DNA from: Candidatus Kuenenbacteria bacterium RIFCSPHIGHO2_02_FULL_39_13
GTDB lineage: Bacteria > Patescibacteriota > Patescibacteriia > UBA2196 > GWA2-42-15
NCBI GenBank assembly: GCA_001783595.1
Contig: MFMW01000029.1
Location: 1-53,546, forward strand
Length of the DNA: 53,546 bases
Direction: 5' to 3'
Below, one piece after another: positions 47,554-53,546 of this stretch (position 1 is its first letter; each line of letters starts with the position of its first letter). Made by a program: the position numbers and the translations under genes. The notes under the pieces were generated by a model that did no database searches, was not told where the DNA came from, and saw only the letters and a list, made by a program, of their open reading frames with translations.

Positions 47554-48582
47554 TTAAAGGGCTGTTTGCCAAGTTTTTTCCACGCATTTTTGCCAATCAA
47601 AATTTTCAAGTCTGGTTTGGCCTTGGTGGATTAAATTTTGTCTTAAATTTTGGTCTTGAGTGATTTTTTCTAATTTTTGGGCAATGTCTTGGGGTGATTT
47701 GGGATTAGCATAAAGACAGCCGTCTTGTCCTATTTCGCGTAAAACTGGTATATCGGAAGCTAGAACAGGCAGATTATGGCTAAAAGCCTCTAGAACTGGG
47801 AAACCAAAGCCTTCGTGTTTGGAAATTAAAACAAGACAACTTGATTCTTGCAAGAGTTGATTTTTTTTATCATCACTTATATAGCCTATATTATATTTAT
47901 TTTCTTTAAAACCACGGCCTGGCTTACCGGCTAAAATTAATTTGTAGTCAGGATGTTTTTGATAAAAAATCTGAAAAGCTTTAATGAGATTATTAATGTT
48001 CTTTTTTTCTTCAAGCCTGCCTAAAAATAATATCTGTTTTTTTTTATTATTGGGCCGTGAGCTGCAAGCGGCGGGCGGCTGATTATGCCCAAAATATGTC
48101 ACCGCAATCTTATCTTCCGGACAATTAAAATATTTCATCAGGTCGTCTTTGGTGGCTTGGGTGGGCGTGATAATTTTCTGGGCATATTTGACAGCCTGCT
48201 TGGTAGTAATATTTAAAAACCATTTTTGAAAAACTGAATAGCTTTCCGGGATATAAATAAAACCAAGATCATGGATGGTGACTATCTTTTTGGTTTTTTT
48301 ATTTAAGAGAGCCAGAAAAGGAATAACGTAGCCGGGTGAAAAAAATACAGCTGGCGGATGAATTAACAATTCAAGCCCTAAGCTGACCTGCGACCAAAGC
48401 TTTTTAAATGGCCAACTTAATACCTGCTGATTTTTTTCAGGCAATCCAAGAATTAATTTAGGCGTATACAAAATTAGGTCAGTAGATTTTACTAATAAAC
48501 CCTTTATTATATTCCGGCAATAGACTTCCACGCCAGTGGGATTTTTACTTAAGAGCCGCGAGCCGTCAATGGCGATTGGCAT
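47554..48582 (-). CDS. Glycosyltransferase family 4
   Basis: TGVEVY, TIHDL, GRLEEKKN, EGFGFPVLEA. Confidence 0.93.
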   Translation of the reverse strand: MPIAIDGSRLLSKNPTGVEVYCRNIIKGLLVKSTDLILYTPKLILGLPEKNQQVLSWPFKKLWSQVSLGLELLIHPPAVFFSPGYVIPFLALLNKKTKKIVTIHDLGFIYIPESYSVFQKWFLNITTKQAVKYAQKIITPTQATKDDLMKYFNCPEDKIAVTYFGHNQPPAACSSRPNNKKKQILFLGRLEEKKNINNLIKAFQIFYQKHPDYKLILAGKPGRGFKENKYNIGYISDDKKNQLLQESSCLVLISKHEGFGFPVLEAFSHNLPVLASDIPVLREIGQDGCLYANPKSPQDIAQKLEKITQDQNLRQNLIHQGQTRLENFDWQKCVEKTWQTAL

Positions 48583-49669
48583 AAATTAATTCTTTAATAT
48601 TTTTTATAAATCTCTCCTGACTAAATTTTTTTGCCTGTGCCTGGCAATCTTCACGCATTAATAAGGCTCTTGCCTTCGTCAGCCAGTTAACCGCTTTAAT
48701 AATATCATCAATTGAATATTTGGCTGGAATAAATTTGCCAGTTTGCTCATCAATAATGCTTTCTTTCAACCCGCCTTCATCTACGGCAATACAGGGTTTG
48801 CCAGCTGACATTGATTCAATTTGAGTCATGCCAGAGTCTTCATCAATTGGGATATAGATTGAGGCAATGCAATTACCCACATAATCTGAAAGCTCTTGGT
48901 CATTGACCCAGCCCTTAATCTGGATATTATCATGGCCTTGGGCCATTTTCTTAATTTTTTTCAAATCAGGACCGCCGGAAACAACAATTAATTTTTTATC
49001 TGGCATTTTTTGAAAAGCCCTAATTATATCAGGAATTCTTTTTAAACGTTCCACGCGACCAAAGGATAAATAGTAGTCTTGCTGGGAAATATGTTTAAAT
49101 TTGTCAGTCTGGATTGGAGGATAAATAACAGCATCTGTCTTTTGATGCAAAAATTTTTGCAATCTATTTTTAACATTTTCAGAATTAGCAATAACCAGAT
49201 TCATATTTTGCAAACTTAGCCAATAGATGAATCTAATCAACCAGATGCCAATGTCGTAATAAAGAATCTTTTTCCATCGGGACGGTTGCTCGTCGCGACA
49301 TTTTTGGCGTAAATCAAAGGCGTGGCGGACTGGATGATGGCAGTAAAGAATCTTTTTTTTGCCGCGCCAAAAATGAAAACCGGCAGCCAGACAATTATTA
49401 CCAGAAAAAAATATGGTCTGATGGTTTTTGATAATTTTTCTGGTTTTAAAAAAAAATAGAAATTGGGCGCGAAAATAGCGCCAGACTATCCAAGGCGCTT
49501 CACCTGAACTTAAGGTAATTAATTTGCCCGGAACTTGCCGGCGGTCATAAGATTCAGTAGTCCAAAATTCAGTGACAATATCGGCGTTTAAAGCTTTGGC
49601 TAAAATTAAAACCAAACGCTCTGCCCCGCCTCGGAATTGGAATCTGTCGTGGATGATAAGGGTTTTCAT
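48566..49669 (-). CDS. Glycosyltransferase family 4
   Basis: GGAER, IANS, VIYPP, GRVERLKR, EDSGMTQIES. Confidence 0.92.
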   Translation of the reverse strand: MKTLIIHDRFQFRGGAERLVLILAKALNADIVTEFWTTESYDRRQVPGKLITLSSGEAPWIVWRYFRAQFLFFFKTRKIIKNHQTIFFSGNNCLAAGFHFWRGKKKILYCHHPVRHAFDLRQKCRDEQPSRWKKILYYDIGIWLIRFIYWLSLQNMNLVIANSENVKNRLQKFLHQKTDAVIYPPIQTDKFKHISQQDYYLSFGRVERLKRIPDIIRAFQKMPDKKLIVVSGGPDLKKIKKMAQGHDNIQIKGWVNDQELSDYVGNCIASIYIPIDEDSGMTQIESMSAGKPCIAVDEGGLKESIIDEQTGKFIPAKYSIDDIIKAVNWLTKARALLMREDCQAQAKKFSQERFIKNIKELIYANRH

Positions 49670-49672
49670 AAA

Positions 49673-50680
49673 TTATTTCATCGCCAAAATACTTCTCTTG
49701 TAAGCCGCCAGGTTTTCCAGAGCAATACCGGTGCCTTTGACCACGCACAACAGAGGGTCATCGGCATTATAGGCTGGTACGCCAATAGCTTGAGAAAATA
49801 GCTCATCTATGTTTCGCAGCAGCGCGGTGCCGCCGGAAAGCACAATGCCTTTGTCCATAATGTCAGCGGAAAGCTCTGGCGGGGTGTTGTAAAACACTGA
49901 TTTAACGGCAGCAACCAGATTGGCCAGTTCATCTTGCAAGGCATCGGTGACATCATCGGAACTAACCGTAATAATGCGCGGCAAGCCGCTAACCATATCA
50001 CGTCCTTTAATTTCAGCGGTTAATTTTTTATCTAAATAAAGAGCGGAGCCGACTTTTATTTTTATCATTTCAGCGCTTCTTTCGCCAATGGCTAAATTGT
50101 ATTTTTTACGGATATGCTCTTGGATAGCGGCATCAAATTTATTGCCTCCAATTCTGACTGAACTGTTGGTAACAATGCCGCCCAGGGAGATAACGGCGAT
50201 TTCAGAGGTGCCGCCGCCCATATCAATAATCATATGACCGCTGGCTGAACCAATGGGAAGATTGGCGCCAATGGCGGCGGCAATCGGCTCTTTGATAATA
50301 TAGGCCGCTTTTGCTCCGGCGGCGAGCGTGGCATCAATGGCTGCGCGACGTTCAGTTGAAGTTACGCCGCCAGGCACAGCAATCATAACTTCAGGCCGAA
50401 ATAGCCGCAGCCCGCCAATGGCTTTATTAATAAAATAGCGCAACATGGCTTCAGTGGTTTTGTAATCAGCAATCACTCCGTCTTTCAACGGCCTAGCAGC
50501 CATAATAGTATCCGGAGTCCTGCCAATCATCTCTTTGGCCTCATCGCCCACAGCCAGCACTTTCTTGTCCAAAAGCGAATAAGCCACCACTGATGGCTCA
50601 TTAATAATAATGCCTTTATTTGGCAGATAAACCAGGGTAGTGGTTGTGCCAAGATCAATGCCGATTTTTTTGAGAAACAT
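49673..50680 (-). CDS. mreB: Rod shape-determining protein MreB (copy 2)
   Basis: GIDLGT, NEPSVVA, RPLKDGVIAD, DMGGGT, TPPELSADI. Confidence 0.95.
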   Translation of the reverse strand: MFLKKIGIDLGTTTTLVYLPNKGIIINEPSVVAYSLLDKKVLAVGDEAKEMIGRTPDTIMAARPLKDGVIADYKTTEAMLRYFINKAIGGLRLFRPEVMIAVPGGVTSTERRAAIDATLAAGAKAAYIIKEPIAAAIGANLPIGSASGHMIIDMGGGTSEIAVISLGGIVTNSSVRIGGNKFDAAIQEHIRKKYNLAIGERSAEMIKIKVGSALYLDKKLTAEIKGRDMVSGLPRIITVSSDDVTDALQDELANLVAAVKSVFYNTPPELSADIMDKGIVLSGGTALLRNIDELFSQAIGVPAYNADDPLLCVVKGTGIALENLAAYKRSILAMK

Positions 50681-50734
50681 AATTTATAATAAATTAAATC
50701 TACTCATAGATTAACTTAAACTGGGCTAAAAGTC

Positions 50735-50773
50735 AAAAAAACCGTCCAAGTTCATTCACTTGGACGGGTTTTT
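50735..50773 (-). terminator. Intrinsic terminator
   Basis: CCGTCCAAGT/ACTTGGACGG stem with a T tract. Confidence 0.85.
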
Positions 50774-50821
50774 AAATGTTAACTATCCGCAAAAACTTTG
50801 GGGTTCCATAAGCTCTCTTAA

Positions 50822-53545
50822 TTACTCCGCTTCCTCTATTTCCGCCAAATCCTCATTGTTAATACCTAAGGCCAATGAGGTGAATAAATTTATCACATTG
50901 CCCCAAGTAACTTCCCAGCGCTTAGCGCCTTGGTCAACATACCAGATTCTGCCCCGGTCTTCAGTTTGGAGCAGGAGTTTGCCAATCAGCCTATTTGATA
51001 ACTTGGTATTGACTTTGATTTTGTCATTGCCGCGATTAGCCGGGCTGGAAGCTATTTCCGGGTTGTAACCGTACATCACTTCACTTTTATCATTAAAGCC
51101 ATCCTTGTCAGTATCTTTGTCCTCGCTGACCGAGCTTGGATTAATTAATATCTGATTTAAATCAGCATTGCTGATACCGAGGGCTAAATTTTGGAAAAGA
51201 CTCATCACATTGCCAAAAGTAACTTCGTATCTTTTCTGGTCATCTGGATTAACATAATGAATTCTGCCTTTGTCTTCTACGGCTAAAAGCAAACGGCCAG
51301 CCAGACGAGCGGCTATTTTACCTGATGGAGCGGGTGTGGGTGACGGGGTGGGAGCAGGAGTAGGGGTTGGCGCGGGGACAGGCGTTGCGTTACCTAAAGT
51401 TATTTTCTTGAACAATGTATTATTGTCTTCATTGGATTCAGCAATGTTATTGTCGCTATCCACGGTAAACATAAAATTAACCTCGCCGCTAGCAATGTCT
51501 TTGGGCCAAAGCAGCTTACTGGTGTACTCATATGTCTCCCCGGCTTTTAGATCCAAGACATTGCTTCTTAGTCTGCCAAAACCTATGTCTTTTTCCACGG
51601 TATAGAAAAATTCTTGATGAATGTCGGCCGGGCCGTTATTTTTAAAACTGATTTTAACTTCAACAATATCGTTTTGTTTAAAAACTTTATTGCCCTGGCG
51701 AGTTAAATTATTAACTTCCAGCTGAATTGGAACAAGATCCGCTTTTAACTGACTTGATTCAGACAGGGTGGTGAAGTGTAAACCCAGCACGGAAGAACTA
51801 AGCGAAGTGGTGCCATAAACATTGCCCGGCTGGTCATAGTAAGTCAGAGCGTATTTATAAAGAGTTTCCGGCTTCAAATCCGCCAAAGTCACATTATGTT
51901 CAGTCACATAATTTGCGTCTTTTTTGCCTTTAATATCATAGATGCTACCGCCGGATTCAACATATTCAACCTGACTATTAGCTGGCTGTGAAGTTGTCCA
52001 TTTTATGGTCGCTGAATTTTTAGTAATGGAAGTTGCCACGATGTTATACAAAAAACCCGTGTCATCACTCCCGCCAATGGTAATTGTTTTGGTCAAAGTG
52101 TTATTATTCTCATTTAACTCATCCACTTTGTTATTGTAAGTGCTTGAAAAACTATCTTTATCTGCCTCCACTTTAACATTATAATTGCCCGCGCTTAAAT
52201 TATCAAAGTCAGAAAGTAAGACAAAAGGGTTTATACACCGTTCTACCTCAATAACACCGCTACTGCCGTTTCGAGATGACTGCCCGTTAACGGAAAACTC
52301 GGTGGATATTTGAATATTTGCCTGTTTGGGAGCAGTACCCCGATTACAGACTTCAGCCACAAGAACATTTTCCCAAGCGCTCCATTTTTTGAAAAGTTCA
52401 ATACTTTCTACAGTTAAATCTGGCTTGGAGAGCTGTGGTGCTTGCAAACACTTTTCATATTCGTGAATGTGGTCGTCAAAATACGACCAGACGCGGCGTT
52501 GGCTGCCGTCCAGATTAGTTTTCCAATCAATATCATTCTGACCCGGTATATACCAAGTGGACCAACTGCCGTTGAACCAGCGAATACGGTATTTCATAAT
52601 TTCCGGGTGGGAGGAAATATCCAAACCTAACGCCTGATACACATAACCGCCCAAGGGCTGTTCCTGGATAATCGTGGTTTTGCCGGTGGCACAAACTGGG
52701 GTGGCTGAAATAATACTGAAATGATTGTCGCTTTCACCATAAACTAATTTATAATTATCACTCTTTTGAATTAAAATCTTATACTTCCCTATATCAACAA
52801 TATCAGCCAATCCCCAACCCGGAATTAAAGATTTGGTATCCCAAACATATCTAGCGACGCCATCTTGGCTAAAAGAAGAAATTTTTTGAGCAATAAATGA
52901 TTTAGCGCAAGGAAACAAAGAACATTCTTCCAGTAAAATATCTACTAAATAATCTCCATAAAAAGATTCATTAATGCTCCATTTTATTGTATTCTTTTCT
53001 CCTTTTATCCACTTCTCCCCGCCGTTGGGAGAAAGCACGGTGATGGAAGGGGTGGTGGTTGCTAAACACGCCCCGTCTTGGCAACCGGCTGGACAATTAT
53101 TAATACCATTATTCACGTAACTATAATTATAAACAGAATCTGGTCCAGAACAATAAAATTCAACTACATGAGTACTGTCCGAACAATAATCTTCTTTGGA
53201 AATAATATTTTTGGTGCCAATTTCGTATCCTTTAGTAACACCTTTTTGACTAAGTTTAATTCCCCCATCAGAGTCAGTGCAGGTGGTGGTGGCTAAAACA
53301 ACCGTCATTGGATTACTCCAACCAATGGGCACCTCAGTGAAATTAAATTCTTTTTGGGTAGAAAAACTGAGATTAGACATACCCAGAGAAATTTGATGAC
53401 CGATTACCGCTAATTTGCTAATATCTGCTTTGATTTCCCAGACTTGAGAAGTGCCATTGGGTATAACAGTAGCCAGTGCAATAGAGGTTCTTCCACTGGA
53501 ATTAAATTTCCCTGTTCCAATCAAAACTCCTGCTTTGTAAACATG
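50822..53545 (-). CDS. Large modular cell-surface protein, 5' truncated by the window edge
   Basis: Frame open to the edge; CTDSDGG Cys module, ITVLSPNGGE Ig-like domain, two CARDB-like domains (PDL...E.NE.NN), FN3-like domain, Pro/Thr linker, duplicated C-terminal module. Confidence 0.88.
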   Translation of the reverse strand, partial: HVYKAGVLIGTGKFNSSGRTSIALATVIPNGTSQVWEIKADISKLAVIGHQISLGMSNLSFSTQKEFNFTEVPIGWSNPMTVVLATTTCTDSDGGIKLSQKGVTKGYEIGTKNIISKEDYCSDSTHVVEFYCSGPDSVYNYSYVNNGINNCPAGCQDGACLATTTPSITVLSPNGGEKWIKGEKNTIKWSINESFYGDYLVDILLEECSLFPCAKSFIAQKISSFSQDGVARYVWDTKSLIPGWGLADIVDIGKYKILIQKSDNYKLVYGESDNHFSIISATPVCATGKTTIIQEQPLGGYVYQALGLDISSHPEIMKYRIRWFNGSWSTWYIPGQNDIDWKTNLDGSQRRVWSYFDDHIHEYEKCLQAPQLSKPDLTVESIELFKKWSAWENVLVAEVCNRGTAPKQANIQISTEFSVNGQSSRNGSSGVIEVERCINPFVLLSDFDNLSAGNYNVKVEADKDSFSSTYNNKVDELNENNNTLTKTITIGGSDDTGFLYNIVATSITKNSATIKWTTSQPANSQVEYVESGGSIYDIKGKKDANYVTEHNVTLADLKPETLYKYALTYYDQPGNVYGTTSLSSSVLGLHFTTLSESSQLKADLVPIQLEVNNLTRQGNKVFKQNDIVEVKISFKNNGPADIHQEFFYTVEKDIGFGRLRSNVLDLKAGETYEYTSKLLWPKDIASGEVNFMFTVDSDNNIAESNEDNNTLFKKITLGNATPVPAPTPTPAPTPSPTPAPSGKIAARLAGRLLLAVEDKGRIHYVNPDDQKRYEVTFGNVMSLFQNLALGISNADLNQILINPSSVSEDKDTDKDGFNDKSEVMYGYNPEIASSPANRGNDKIKVNTKLSNRLIGKLLLQTEDRGRIWYVDQGAKRWEVTWGNVINLFTSLALGINNEDLAEIEEAE

Positions 53546-53546
53546 A

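Noticed and set aside
51326..51390. Pro/Thr/Ala repeat as a DNA repeat element
   Set aside because: Codons vary between units; an ordinary protein linker.

Overview
AT-rich bacterial chromosomal segment using genetic code 11 (TGA serves as a stop). By inference it is from Patescibacteria/CPR (Parcubacteria/ABY1-like): CPR-style pilins, a type IV pilus cluster with no secretin in the window, few Shine-Dalgarno motifs and almost no biosynthetic genes. It carries ileS; a type IV pilus cluster (pilMNO, pilB, a degenerate PilT-like gene, pilC, major pilin, pilD, four minor pilins) split by a VapBC-like pair; lemA-htpX; clpC-comF; tsaE; rpmB; amrS; trxB; rpsF-ssb-rpsR-efp; ftsK/rodZ-like/recA; greA; mreB...mreCD-mrdA split by a Type IIG restriction-modification cassette; proS; rseP; frr; holB; two GT4 genes; a second mreB; and a large truncated surface protein. 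I found no rRNA, tRNA, CRISPR array, integrase or transposase. Four things stand out. (1) Small GC-rich palindromes sit in frame inside conserved genes (recA, tsaE, a minor pilin) and also occur between genes, alongside recurring 7-nt tandem arrays. (2) The R-M cassette is bracketed by a 17-bp palindromic direct repeat and carries a stranded 3' end of a diverged R-M allele, next to an unannotated AbrB-like gene. (3) The pilus motor is modified: a pseudo-ATPase PilT, a PilN with two INLLP motifs and a PilM with an insertion. (4) IleRS2 has the non-canonical GxHH signature. All family calls come from motif recognition by eye, not database searches.
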